From a virus (Duplodnaviria > Caudoviricetes), in the IMG/VR virus record IMGVR_UViG_3300045958_000007, positions 8,929 to 72,928 of that record: a stretch of 64,000 nucleotides of DNA, one strand, 5' to 3'. The notes beneath the pieces are model-generated. The model worked only from the letters and a program-made list of their open reading frames with translations, was not told the origin of the DNA and did not search any database. Positions 1-8,885 of this stretch are shown here, piece by piece (the first letter of the stretch is position 1; each line of letters begins with the position of its first letter). The translations under genes and the position numbers were made by a program.

Positions 1-459
1 AACATTCAGCGCAATATTCGAGAGGTGTGTGCCGAGAGCAGTCTCGAGGGCGAGAGTCGCGGCCTTCAGGGACTGCTGGTGCGCTGCGTCGATCAGAACC
101 GACATCACGGCTCCGACCGCGTGGGACCGGGCCGACGTCCCCGCTACTCCTCTGGTGACGGTGAGGGCCTGGCCGTTCACGGCCGTTACCAGCATGTGCT
201 CCCAGGCCGTGCATTTGGTCACGCCCGTCGCTACCTGCGTGGTCGAGTCGCAGATGGTGACGATCATGTTCACGGCGAATCCGGTGCCGCTCGCGACGAT
301 CGCGACGTTATCCGTAGGGGCCATCGCGAGGCTGATCGTCGTCTGGACGTTATCCGCCGTGATGAACAGCGTTGAGTCGGTATCGAGGGACCCGGGGTAA
401 TTCGTGGTCTGCGCGGAGAGGCCGCAGGCAAAGAGGACTGCCAGAATAAGATTTCGCAT
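1..459 (-). CDS. Tail fibre-like protein with N-terminal signal peptide (3' end runs off the window; absent from ORF track)
   Basis: Manual translation from ATG 459: MRNLILAVLFACGLSAQTTNYPGSLDT...WEHMLVTAVNGQALTVTRGVAGTSARSHAVG...ALETALG, open to base 1. Confidence 0.75.
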   Translation of the reverse strand, partial: MRNLILAVLFACGLSAQTTNYPGSLDTDSTLFITADNVQTTISLAMAPTDNVAIVASGTGFAVNMIVTICDSTTQVATGVTKCTAWEHMLVTAVNGQALTVTRGVAGTSARSHAVGAVMSVLIDAAHQQSLKAATLALETALGTHLSNIALNV

Positions 460-480
460 GGAATTGGGTGTTGGGTTGGT

Positions 481-1176
481 CTACTGCTGGCCTTGCGGCG
501 CGGCCGGCTGGGGGTTCTGCGGCGCCGACATGGCATTCTGTTCGACGAGTGCCGCCTTGGCTTCCTGCGCCGCCGCCCATACCGCCTGCGCCAGCGAAGG
601 CCTGCCCCACTGCGGGTGAAGATCCTTGGCGAGCAGCTTCACGAGCAGGCGGAGCCAGCCCTGCGGCATGTTCACGGTGTCGTTGACGGTCGCGAAGTTC
701 GCGAGCGGGGTCCAGTACGCCAACTCAAGCGTGCCGGGGGTGTAGGAGGGCGGTGGAAACACCCGCACGTTGATGAGCGGATACGCGGTGTCCGCGCCGA
801 CGATGGCCGGAATGGAGGTCTGCTCACCGAGCGCCTGTTTTGCCATCTCGCCGAACTCCGGCATCGAAAGCACCCGGCCGCCGGAATGCAGGATGGTGCT
901 GTAGTACGCGCGCCAGGCCGTGACTTTCATGGCGCGCAGGCCCCCGGCGGTGGAGAAGGTGCCCCCTGAGCCGAGAGTGTACCCGGTGACGCCCGCCTGG
1001 AGGCTGAACGCCTGCTCGACCTGGGTGGGGACGGTCAAGCCCTCGGCACTCAGCATGTCGAGGATCGGGTTCAGGCGGTTGTAGGCGTCCGTCTGCATCG
1101 CCGAGGTGATCGTCTCGGTGGGGGTGATGGTGCCGATGTCGATAAATGCGGTGTTGATGATGTCGCTGACTAGCAT
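481..1176 (-). CDS. Head-to-tail adaptor, P22 gp4-like
   Basis: N-terminal DIINTAFIDIG...DAYNRLNPILDML and C-terminal MPQGWLRLLVKLLAKDLHPQW pattern; size and context fit. Confidence 0.7.
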   Translation of the reverse strand: MLVSDIINTAFIDIGTITPTETITSAMQTDAYNRLNPILDMLSAEGLTVPTQVEQAFSLQAGVTGYTLGSGGTFSTAGGLRAMKVTAWRAYYSTILHSGGRVLSMPEFGEMAKQALGEQTSIPAIVGADTAYPLINVRVFPPPSYTPGTLELAYWTPLANFATVNDTVNMPQGWLRLLVKLLAKDLHPQWGRPSLAQAVWAAAQEAKAALVEQNAMSAPQNPQPAAPQGQQ

Positions 1177-1186
1177 GGGGATGGCT

Positions 1187-1912
1187 TTAGCAACTGCTGG
1201 AGGTGAGCAGGCCGCCCGAGAAGGTTTCCGTACAGGTAGTGCCCGCGCTGTTCTTCATGGTCTGGCTGTGGGTGACCCCCGCCGCACCGCCGACGCTGAA
1301 CCCGGTACTGGCGTTGATCGCGCCGGTGGCGTCGACCGGGTAGCCCGGCGAGGCGTTGCCTCCGAAGCCCACGCGGCCCGTGGTGAGGTCCACCGTGAGG
1401 CTGCTGGTCCCCGGCCAGACGAACGTACTCCCGGCGGTCAATCCGTTGGCGTAGTCGATGCGGAACACGCTCCCGGACTTCATCAGCCGGGCGGCGGTGG
1501 TCGAGCGCGCCACGTAGGCGGCGCCGCTGTACTCCGCGTCCCAGAGCATCTCCTGGTCGTCCGCGGCCTCGGAAAGCAGGGCGAGTGCGCCCGCCGCGTT
1601 GGCCTGCAGCTTGATCTGGTTCACCCCCGGGGCCGCCGCCGGGTTCAGGTAGAGCGGCGACGCGCTGGTGATGAGCCCTGTGCCGGAGGGCGTGAGCGTG
1701 ACGTTCTGGTTGCTTCCGCCGGCGAGAATCGAGATTGCGCCCGACGACGCCGAGACGTGCGCCGGGGTGGCGTTCTCCATGAACACGAGAGCGTTGGGGA
1801 TCGCGGCGTTGCCCCCGGTGAGCACCGGCGCGTGATTCGCCGCCAGCACCCCCAGTTGAACGCCGGCGAAGGCGGCGAACAAGACCGCCGCGAGAGTAAG
1901 GATCCGTCTCAT
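1187..1912 (-). CDS. Tail-region beta-rich protein with signal-peptide-like N-terminus (241 aa)
   Basis: Re-started at MRRILTLAAVLFAAFAGVQLG (ATGA overlap with upstream stop); C-terminal GRVGFGGNASPGYPVDATGAI resembles tail fibre motifs. Confidence 0.7.
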   Translation of the reverse strand: MRRILTLAAVLFAAFAGVQLGVLAANHAPVLTGGNAAIPNALVFMENATPAHVSASSGAISILAGGSNQNVTLTPSGTGLITSASPLYLNPAAAPGVNQIKLQANAAGALALLSEAADDQEMLWDAEYSGAAYVARSTTAARLMKSGSVFRIDYANGLTAGSTFVWPGTSSLTVDLTTGRVGFGGNASPGYPVDATGAINASTGFSVGGAAGVTHSQTMKNSAGTTCTETFSGGLLTSSSC

Positions 1913-2430
1913 GCTGCCATCCCTGTGGTGTGCTGCCCGATTTGCACGTACTTGCCGCCCGAGAGCCGGAAGTGAAACGTCGTGATCGTGTTGGCGCTGG
2001 TGTCGATATCGGAGGAGACCCCCGAAAACCCGGTGCCCCAGAGGGGCGAGGGGGCGCCGCTGCCGTCCGGCCGCAGAATCACGTCGAGCGCGCCGGCGCC
2101 AGTCGTCGGGGCCTGAATCGTGGAGGACGTCGATTTGAGCACCTGGTCGATGAGCTGCGTCCCGAAAATCCAAACCCATCCCATCGAGGCCGGGGACTGC
2201 TTGACCTGCCACTGGTAGATCAGGCCTGTGTCGGTCTCGATCCAGAGGGTTCCGTTGGGAATCCCTTGCGTGTCGAGGGCCTTGCGCGATGCGCTCGTGC
2301 CGAACTGGACGATGCCCCCGCCGGTCGCGGCCGAGTCCCGCACCGCCTGATAGAAGAGGTACCAGTCCCGGCCGAAGAGCCCGTTTACGAGCGGCGGGTT
2401 CGATTGCTGCGGAACGATCGGAACGTCCAC
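1909..2430 (-). CDS. Putative tail protein downstream of gp10
   Basis: Tightly coupled ORF; PLVNGLFGRDWYLFYQ-type N-terminus seen after gp10-like genes. Confidence 0.6.
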   Translation of the reverse strand: MDVPIVPQQSNPPLVNGLFGRDWYLFYQAVRDSAATGGGIVQFGTSASRKALDTQGIPNGTLWIETDTGLIYQWQVKQSPASMGWVWIFGTQLIDQVLKSTSSTIQAPTTGAGALDVILRPDGSGAPSPLWGTGFSGVSSDIDTSANTITTFHFRLSGGKYVQIGQHTTGMAA

Positions 2431-2431
2431 C

Positions 2432-4585
2432 CTACGCTACCCCGGCCTCGTACTCGATATCGAGGTCGATCAGCATCAATTGATACTGGCCGGTGCCCGA
2501 GAGTCGGAATACCCGGTCGCGCGAGGCGCTGGTCCCGGCCCAGAAAACGCGCTGGCTGTAGGCTCCGGCCACGCCGGCGCCGCCCGTCACCGGCGAAATC
2601 GGATAAACGAAGGTGTTGCCACGGTCGTCGGAGTAGTCCCGCGTGATGGTCGGCTGTATCGTCGCCGAGCTCGTGGTGCCGGTTGCCACCTCGAGCGTCA
2701 TGCGTCCGAAAAACTGGAGGACGCCGGCGGCGTAGAAGTGCGGCAGGACGCGGATCCACTTCTTGTCTGCGCCGTTGTCGTCGAAGTAGTTGAGGTTCAC
2801 CTCGTAGAAGCTGCCGGAGGCGAAGTCGCAACCAATATGCATCCCGGCCGGTCCCCACTCCGGGATGAAGGTGTGGAACCGCGGCACGTAAGACGCGAAC
2901 GCCGATCCGGTCCAGGCCGCCCGCTGGTGCCAGATCGGCGTCCCCGCCTGTTGGCTCGCGGTTTCGTCGTAGACGTATGTGTTCAACGCTCCCGGAAAGT
3001 TGATGACCCAGAACTGATGCCCGTCGTGGACTTCCGGGTAGGCGATCGCGCCCGATGGAGTATCGATCCCGGAGGCCCAGGCCGCCTCTTCGGCGTGCGT
3101 CGAGATGCGGGTCGGGGTGAAGCCGTCGATCCGGTACGCGATGGGCGTCCCGCGCGGGCTGCCCCCGAGGTAGTAAATCCTCTCGCTCATCGCCACCGGC
3201 GCGTAGCGCGCGACACTGCCCTCGCGAGCCGCCGCCCCGCTGATCCGCTGAAACGGAAACGTGGGGTCGCCGGTGTTCTGCCAGACTTCGCTTTCCTCGC
3301 TGCCGAAGATGTAGAGCTGCTCGTGGTCTGCGAGGACCGACTGGATGTAGTCGGGCGCCCCCTCTTTGGTCGCGAAATCGAGCGGGTCCCAGGTGGTGCC
3401 GTCGAAGGGGGCGGAGATGTTGAACTGGCCGCCGAGGTCAGCTCCCACCGCGGCGGTGTAGGTTACTCCCGTGAGCGTGCCCGGCGAAACGCTGACCAAG
3501 AGAAGAGTCGCACTTACGACATCGACCACCGTGTAGTTGAGCCCGGCAATCGTGATCTTCTGGGTTGGCACGATCTCGTCGAACATGCTGCCGCTTACCC
3601 AGTTGACGGTCGTTCCCAAGGTGCTCACGGTGCCGCTCAAGGTCTGGAGCGTTGCCGTGAAGGCCGCGCCGGTCTGGGTGCCGGCGCCCCCGGTGAGCGT
3701 GATGCTCGTCGAGGAATTGACCGTCTGGATGTCGTATGCAATTCCGCTGATGACGATCTGCTGGCCCGCGATCAGCCGCGCGAAGTTGTCCCCCGAGGTC
3801 CAGGTAACGGCCGTGCCGCTGGTCGACACGACGCCCCGGAGCTGCTGCGGCGGGCGCTGCACGATGAAATAGCTGTCGAGGTATGCCCCCGTTACCGCGG
3901 TCACGGGATCGCCGTAAGCGGCGGCGTAGGTCGCGCCCGTCTGCGTGCCGGCGCTCGCCCCGAGGGTGAGACTGGTTGCGGAGTTCCAGGTGACGCTGTA
4001 CGGCGTTCCGTCGATCAGGATGTAGCCGCCGTTCATGGACGACGGAAACTCATCCCCGGAGACCCAGGTAACCGCCGTACCGGAGGTATTGACCGTGCCG
4101 CTGATCTGGAAGTGAGCGATGGCGGGGCCCGAGCCCTCATCGATGTAGGCGTAGCCGTTCTTGACGATCAAGAGCTGGTTGCCGTTGCCGAACATCTGCC
4201 CCGGGTAGCCGTCCGAGGTCGAGCCGGTAAGCTGCTGCTTGGTAATCATCGCCCCCGAGCCCGTGGAAGGGTTGCCCCCCACGTAAGAGCCGATGCCCAA
4301 CTCCCACAGCCAGGAATTCCCGCCGGCAACGCCGTTGGAGTCGTCGGTGAGGACGAACAGCCGGCCTCCGCCCGACCAGGCTCCGCGGAAGACGTGCCCC
4401 GACGTGCTGCCGAGCGTGTTCACGTCGCCGATCTTGTGGTACCCGGGCGCGAATTCGAGGATGCCCTTGTTCTTGCCCTGCTCGTTGGGGTCGTCGATGA
4501 ACTGCGGAATCAGGTTCATCGTCTGCTGGCAGGCAGCGGCCGGGTTGCGCAGGGTGTAGGACTGGCCGACTAAAGGGACTTTCAT
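2432..4585 (-). CDS. Tail hub / packaged DNA stabilization protein, P22 gp10-like, with three inserted repeats
   Basis: MKVPLVGQSY...QTMNLIP start; FATKEGAPD, IFGSEESEVWQNTG, RISTHAEE and RDRVFRLS motifs. Confidence 0.85.
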   Translation of the reverse strand: MKVPLVGQSYTLRNPAAACQQTMNLIPQFIDDPNEQGKNKGILEFAPGYHKIGDVNTLGSTSGHVFRGAWSGGGRLFVLTDDSNGVAGGNSWLWELGIGSYVGGNPSTGSGAMITKQQLTGSTSDGYPGQMFGNGNQLLIVKNGYAYIDEGSGPAIAHFQISGTVNTSGTAVTWVSGDEFPSSMNGGYILIDGTPYSVTWNSATSLTLGASAGTQTGATYAAAYGDPVTAVTGAYLDSYFIVQRPPQQLRGVVSTSGTAVTWTSGDNFARLIAGQQIVISGIAYDIQTVNSSTSITLTGGAGTQTGAAFTATLQTLSGTVSTLGTTVNWVSGSMFDEIVPTQKITIAGLNYTVVDVVSATLLLVSVSPGTLTGVTYTAAVGADLGGQFNISAPFDGTTWDPLDFATKEGAPDYIQSVLADHEQLYIFGSEESEVWQNTGDPTFPFQRISGAAAREGSVARYAPVAMSERIYYLGGSPRGTPIAYRIDGFTPTRISTHAEEAAWASGIDTPSGAIAYPEVHDGHQFWVINFPGALNTYVYDETASQQAGTPIWHQRAAWTGSAFASYVPRFHTFIPEWGPAGMHIGCDFASGSFYEVNLNYFDDNGADKKWIRVLPHFYAAGVLQFFGRMTLEVATGTTSSATIQPTITRDYSDDRGNTFVYPISPVTGGAGVAGAYSQRVFWAGTSASRDRVFRLSGTGQYQLMLIDLDIEYEAGVA

Positions 4586-4791
4586 CGGGGTCGGGGTTCG
4601 ATCGCGGGCCTGAGCAAATCGAGGGGCCTCGGCTCAAAGTTCAGGTGCGGCCGTAGCCGATCAAGAATGGCCGCGCGGCGCTCGCGGGAAAACTGCCGCA
4701 GCATCCGGTCCAGATGCTCCTGGGTCGGCGCGTGCCTCCGCGCCGCGTACTGCGCCTTCATCTCGGGGGTGCGATGGGGGATCCGGGGCAT
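4582..4791 (-). CDS. Small hypothetical protein, paralogue of 12595..12906
   Basis: Coupled to neighbours; DRLRPHLNFEPRP motif shared with the paralogue. Confidence 0.6.
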   Translation of the reverse strand: MPRIPHRTPEMKAQYAARRHAPTQEHLDRMLRQFSRERRAAILDRLRPHLNFEPRPLDLLRPAIEPRPR

Positions 4792-5316
4792 TTACTTCTG
4801 GCGCTTGCGCGGCGTTGCCGCCGCTTCGGCGGTATCGCCCTCGGCCGTGGCGGGCTGTTCCGGCTTCGCCGCGGCGAGCAGCTCGGCGCGCAGGTCTTCG
4901 ATCTGCGCCGCGGCTTCCTTGGAGCGCAGCTTTTCGGCCGCTAGTTCCTTCTGCAGTTCCAGGATCTCCGCGACCTTCTCGGCGCCGTAGTTCTCGAGCG
5001 CCCGGAGTTCGCGCTGCATCTCCCGCTGGAGATCGGCGTACTTCGCCTTCCACTCCTCGCCCGTCAATTCCTTGGGCGGGGCGGCCGGCGCCGGCGGAGG
5101 CGGCGGCGGAAACTTCGCGTACTCCGGCCCGAGGGCGGCGTCCTCTTCGGCGTTCTGGACGGTGACGGAGCTTCCGTCCTCGTGATACCGGGTGGCGGGA
5201 TACGGCCGGTGCTTGTACGGCTCGGGCCGGCCAGGGCGGACCGGGGCGAGGACCGCACCGCGCATCTGCGGGGTAATGATGAGCCGGGTCTTCTGCTGAA
5301 TAGGGGTATCGCTCAT
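4792..5316 (-). CDS. Conserved phage protein downstream of coat (coiled-coil C-terminus)
   Basis: YPATRYHEDGSSVTVQNAEEDAALGPEY motif typical of the small gene after P22-like coat genes. Confidence 0.7.
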   Translation of the reverse strand: MSDTPIQQKTRLIITPQMRGAVLAPVRPGRPEPYKHRPYPATRYHEDGSSVTVQNAEEDAALGPEYAKFPPPPPPAPAAPPKELTGEEWKAKYADLQREMQRELRALENYGAEKVAEILELQKELAAEKLRSKEAAAQIEDLRAELLAAAKPEQPATAEGDTAEAAATPRKRQK

Positions 5317-5334
5317 AACTTTTGCAATAACGGA

Positions 5335-5376
5335 AAAATCGGGGCGGCGGCGCCTCGAAACGGGAGCCGCCGCCCC
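5335..5376 (-). terminator. Intrinsic terminator after the coat/5402 genes
   Basis: GGGGCGGCGG/CCGCCGCCCC stem followed by a T-tract on the minus strand. Confidence 0.7.
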
Positions 5377-5401
5377 ATGGCTGAGGAGGAGAGAAGGGGC
5401 C

Positions 5402-6355
5402 TCAGTAAACCAGCATCACGGGCCCAACGCTGGCCGTGAAGGTCGTAGTCGGAGTGATCGCGGCCAGGGTGCCGAACGTGCCCGTCTGCGAGCCCGTCCC
5501 GTAGTTGGTGGGGGCGCCGGCGGTGGCGTAGGCCTGGAACGTGTCGGTGGTGCCGTTCCCCTGGAGCGCGATGAAATAGGTCTGCGGACCCACCACCCGC
5601 ACCGTCGAAGTGAAGTTGATGCATTGGTACTTCGAGGCGGTGGCGGTGGTAGTTCCGGCGGTGGCGGTATTCGCGATCAGGGCTCCCGAGGAGTCGTAGA
5701 GCGCGAAAATCCACTTATCGGTGGCGACCGTCGCACCGTTCAGCACGCACGCGCCCGTGAGGGTCGCATCGTTGCCGATGTTGAGCTGGGAGAACCAGAT
5801 CTTACCGGCCACGTCGGTCACGGAGGCGTTACTGATGGCGGTCGGCGGAACGAAGGTGGAGAACGCGGTAAACGGCTGCGTCTGGAGCTCCGGCAGGTGG
5901 CCGTGCTGCCACGCGCCGGCCACGCAATAGTTCCAGTGGCCGGTGCGGACGTTGAGCCGCGGGTTGTTGACGAGCGCCGAGGCGGTGCAGGCGCCGGAGG
6001 CGTCGTTCGGGCCGTTGTCGAAATAGCCCGGAGGCCCGAAGTAGACGAGTTCGCCGACGAGGTGCGCGGTACGCATGCTGCCGTTCTGGCCGCGGCGGAC
6101 GGTCCAGATGTTGCCGGTGACGTTGGCGACGACTTCCATGTATTCCCGGCCCACGAAGAGGCCGGTCATGACCTGGTTGTTGGTGCCGAGAGCCGCAACG
6201 CTGATGGTATTGGGCGAGCCGCCGGTGGAGGCCGAGAGCACGATCATGGTGTCCTTGGCCGACATGGGGGAGGCGATGGTGACCTGCGGGGTGACTTCCT
6301 GCGCGAACGCGAAAGCCACCAGCAGAAGAGTGGAGGCAATCAGTTTTTGAAGCAT
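5402..6355 (-). CDS. Signal-peptide-bearing beta-rich protein directly after coat (decoration-like position)
   Basis: MLQKLIASTLLLVAFAFAQ; EYMEVVANVTGNIWTVRRGQNGSMRTAH virion-type motif; several Cys. Confidence 0.8.
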   Translation of the reverse strand: MLQKLIASTLLLVAFAFAQEVTPQVTIASPMSAKDTMIVLSASTGGSPNTISVAALGTNNQVMTGLFVGREYMEVVANVTGNIWTVRRGQNGSMRTAHLVGELVYFGPPGYFDNGPNDASGACTASALVNNPRLNVRTGHWNYCVAGAWQHGHLPELQTQPFTAFSTFVPPTAISNASVTDVAGKIWFSQLNIGNDATLTGACVLNGATVATDKWIFALYDSSGALIANTATAGTTTATASKYQCINFTSTVRVVGPQTYFIALQGNGTTDTFQAYATAGAPTNYGTGSQTGTFGTLAAITPTTTFTASVGPVMLVY

Positions 6356-6429
6356 GTTGATGGGTTTTCCTTTTTAGCTGGATGGGGAGGCGGCTAAACG
6401 CCGCCGCCCCGTCTTTGGTTTCGCGGGAA

Positions 6430-7686
6430 TTAGCCGCAGATGCGCACGCCCCAGTCGCCGCGCTGCGCAACCCAGCCGAACATGATGTCGCAGCGGGTAG
6501 CAAAGATGTCGTTCACGATGTCGTACTGGGACACCGTGCGGATCGACATCCCGGTGGCGGGATCGGTGGCGCGCTTCGCCATCTCGACCGCGCGGGGCAG
6601 GTCGAGCGGCACGCAGGCCCAGGCGTAGGCTTCCTTGTGGAAGGCCATCGCCTGCGGGGTCAGCGTTCCGGCGGTGCCGAACAGGGTCAACGCCGCGCCG
6701 GAGAGCGGAGTCGTGTTGCAGGTGGCATACGGATTCGGCAGGCCGTTGTTGTTGGTGCCGACCGCGATCGCCGGGTAGATGGGCACCACGCCGTTGCCCG
6801 AGCCGTCCGCGTTCACCGGAGCGGTGACCACGAACTGCCGCAGATCGCTCAGGGTGTCGCCCGAAACCGGGTTCACCGCGTAGATCGGGGTGCCCCCGAC
6901 GCCGAGCGTGAACACGTCGCCGGCGTTATAGACGTTCTGCGCGTTGGGGGTGAGGCCGTTGATGACGAGGGCGCTGCCGGTCTGGCCCGCGCCGTTGACG
7001 ACCGGGGTGCCCGCGCCCGAGCCGATCGTGTGGGTGCGGATGTTCTGGGCGAGCAGCCAGTCGAAGCCGGCGCCGGTGCCCATCCGCCCTTTGAGGTACT
7101 GCTTTTTGATCTGCTCCGAGCTCTGGAACAGGCCTTTCAGGGTATCGATGATCTGGGTCTGGAACTTCGACGCGATCACCATGTACCGCTGCTCGTCGAT
7201 CGGCGCCGAATTGCGGTCCAGGGCCTCGAGAGCGGAGAGGTACGTCTGGAAGGCGGTCGAGCCGTTGGGCACGCTGCCGGGGGTGCCGACCACGTTCGGA
7301 GTAGCCTGGTAGGCCACGGTGAGGCCGACCACTTCGGCGGCGTTCGACAGCGCGATCGCCGCGCCTTCGATGTAGCGTTCGCCGATGCGGTCGATCGAGA
7401 GCGTCTGTTCGGCCGAGGTGAAGCTGAAAGCGGTGTGCTTGCGCTGGTTGATGACCAGCGGGATTTTCCGCTCTTCGACGTCCTGGATGACCAGGTTGGC
7501 GCCGTCGACGGCAGCGAATCGCACCGGATCCCGGAGCGAAAGGGTGTCGCCGATCTTGGCGCCCGGTTTGGCGAAGTGCTCGGACCAGTCTTCGTGGTGA
7601 ACGGCTTTGGCAAAGCCGAGGTTGTTTTGGAAGCGCCGCAGCAGTTCGTTGGTGATGATCTGCGGCGTAAGAATCGTATTGGACAA
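6430..7686 (-). CDS. Major capsid protein, P22 coat family
   Basis: SNTILTPQIITNELLRRFQNNL, KIGDTLSLRDPVRF, MAFHKEAYAWACVPL and RCDIMFGW motifs; follows scaffold. Confidence 0.92.
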   Translation of the reverse strand: MSNTILTPQIITNELLRRFQNNLGFAKAVHHEDWSEHFAKPGAKIGDTLSLRDPVRFAAVDGANLVIQDVEERKIPLVINQRKHTAFSFTSAEQTLSIDRIGERYIEGAAIALSNAAEVVGLTVAYQATPNVVGTPGSVPNGSTAFQTYLSALEALDRNSAPIDEQRYMVIASKFQTQIIDTLKGLFQSSEQIKKQYLKGRMGTGAGFDWLLAQNIRTHTIGSGAGTPVVNGAGQTGSALVINGLTPNAQNVYNAGDVFTLGVGGTPIYAVNPVSGDTLSDLRQFVVTAPVNADGSGNGVVPIYPAIAVGTNNNGLPNPYATCNTTPLSGAALTLFGTAGTLTPQAMAFHKEAYAWACVPLDLPRAVEMAKRATDPATGMSIRTVSQYDIVNDIFATRCDIMFGWVAQRGDWGVRICG

Positions 7687-7692
7687 GGGGAC

Positions 7693-8805
7693 TTACCTTT
7701 TCTTGAGCTGCGCCTCCCGCGCTTTGACCCACTTGGCGTAATCGTTGGCGTCCTGGTCCGACATGGGATCGGCTTGAGGGGCTAATGGTCTTCCGCCGAG
7801 GTGGGCGGGAGGGCGCGAGGCGCGCGATGGCTGTTGTTTCGGTTGCGGTTTTGGGGCAGGCTTCGGCGCTGCGGCTCCGGGCTTGGCGGCGCCCTTATCG
7901 GCGGCGGCGCCCTTGGCGGGCGGCGCAATCCGGGTGCGGATCTCTCCGAGCAGCATGCCGGCGCGGGCGAGGGCGACCCCCCATTCGCGCTCGTTGGTGG
8001 CGAGCGTCGAGCGGGCGATCTTCTCGGACTCCTCCGGGTGCTGGCCGAGGTAGTAGGCGATCTCGGTGCCGGCTTCCGGGTCCATGCGCATCACGGACTC
8101 CATGGCGGCCGAGATCTTCACCGCGGGATTGGCAACGACCTCGTTGTAATCGGCAAACCTTGCGGCGGCGCGATTCCATTCGGCCTGCGCGGAAGTCCGC
8201 GCGTGCTCTTCCTCGAGGGCCTGCTTCTGCTTCGCCAGGGCGGCGGCTACCTTGCGCTCGGTGAGCGCCTGGTTGTAGGCGTCGAGCGCCTCCTCGTACT
8301 GGTCCCAGGCGGATTTCTCGTCGGTGTCCTCGAAGTCCCGTAGCATCGGGCGGGCGAGCGGCTTGTCCGCCTCCTCGTCCACTGTTTCCGTGGAGGACGC
8401 TGCTTCCTCCGTAGCTTCCTCTCCCTCCTCCCCTCTGGTGAGGGCATCGAGGCGGGATTGGAGCTCCGCGATTGTGCCGGTCAGCTTCCGCATGCGCCGG
8501 GCGAGGCGCTTATCCTTCTCGGGCTCCTGTTCCTGGGCGGCCTGTACTTCTTCCTGCTCCGCTTCTCCCCCGGGCTCCGACTCCGTGGCGCTTTGGCCCT
8601 CCCGGATTTCTTCTTCTTCCTCGGAGGACTCGGATGGCGGCGTGACTCTGGCGCCCGCCGCGGGCGCTTCTTCTTCCTGCTCTTCGGCCTTCGCCGGCAC
8701 CTCGCCGGTCTCGCGGAAAGCCACGAAGGATTCGTAATCCTCCGGGATCTCTACATAGTCCTGGTCGGTCTGGGCGACGAGGGCGTCAGTTAGTTCGGAC
8801 TGCAT
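7693..8805 (-). CDS. Scaffolding protein
   Basis: Acidic, coiled-coil, Pro-rich; C-terminal YAKWVKAREAQ; between portal and coat; start moved to MQSELTD after GGAG. Confidence 0.8.
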   Translation of the reverse strand: MQSELTDALVAQTDQDYVEIPEDYESFVAFRETGEVPAKAEEQEEEAPAAGARVTPPSESSEEEEEIREGQSATESEPGGEAEQEEVQAAQEQEPEKDKRLARRMRKLTGTIAELQSRLDALTRGEEGEEATEEAASSTETVDEEADKPLARPMLRDFEDTDEKSAWDQYEEALDAYNQALTERKVAAALAKQKQALEEEHARTSAQAEWNRAAARFADYNEVVANPAVKISAAMESVMRMDPEAGTEIAYYLGQHPEESEKIARSTLATNEREWGVALARAGMLLGEIRTRIAPPAKGAAADKGAAKPGAAAPKPAPKPQPKQQPSRASRPPAHLGGRPLAPQADPMSDQDANDYAKWVKAREAQLKKR

Positions 8806-8885
8806 GCGTTTGGGTGTTTCTCCAATGCGGGGATGTTCGCGGCGTACAAAGCCCACCGCTGGGCGGGTACTGCTGAAGTCGTGAG

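Noticed and set aside
400-459. Lipobox (LFAC) making the first gene a lipoprotein
   Set aside because: Phe at -2 is atypical, and the LSA|Q signal peptidase I site matches the other exported proteins; not excluded but not supported
6385-6411. Hairpin after the coat gene as a terminator
   Set aside because: GC stem present but no U-tract on the coding strand; more likely an mRNA-stabilising or processing hairpin
2480-7785. Long plus-strand ORFs 2480..4573 and 6382..7785
   Set aside because: Antisense to gp10-like and coat genes; composition typical of reverse-frame GC-rich codons
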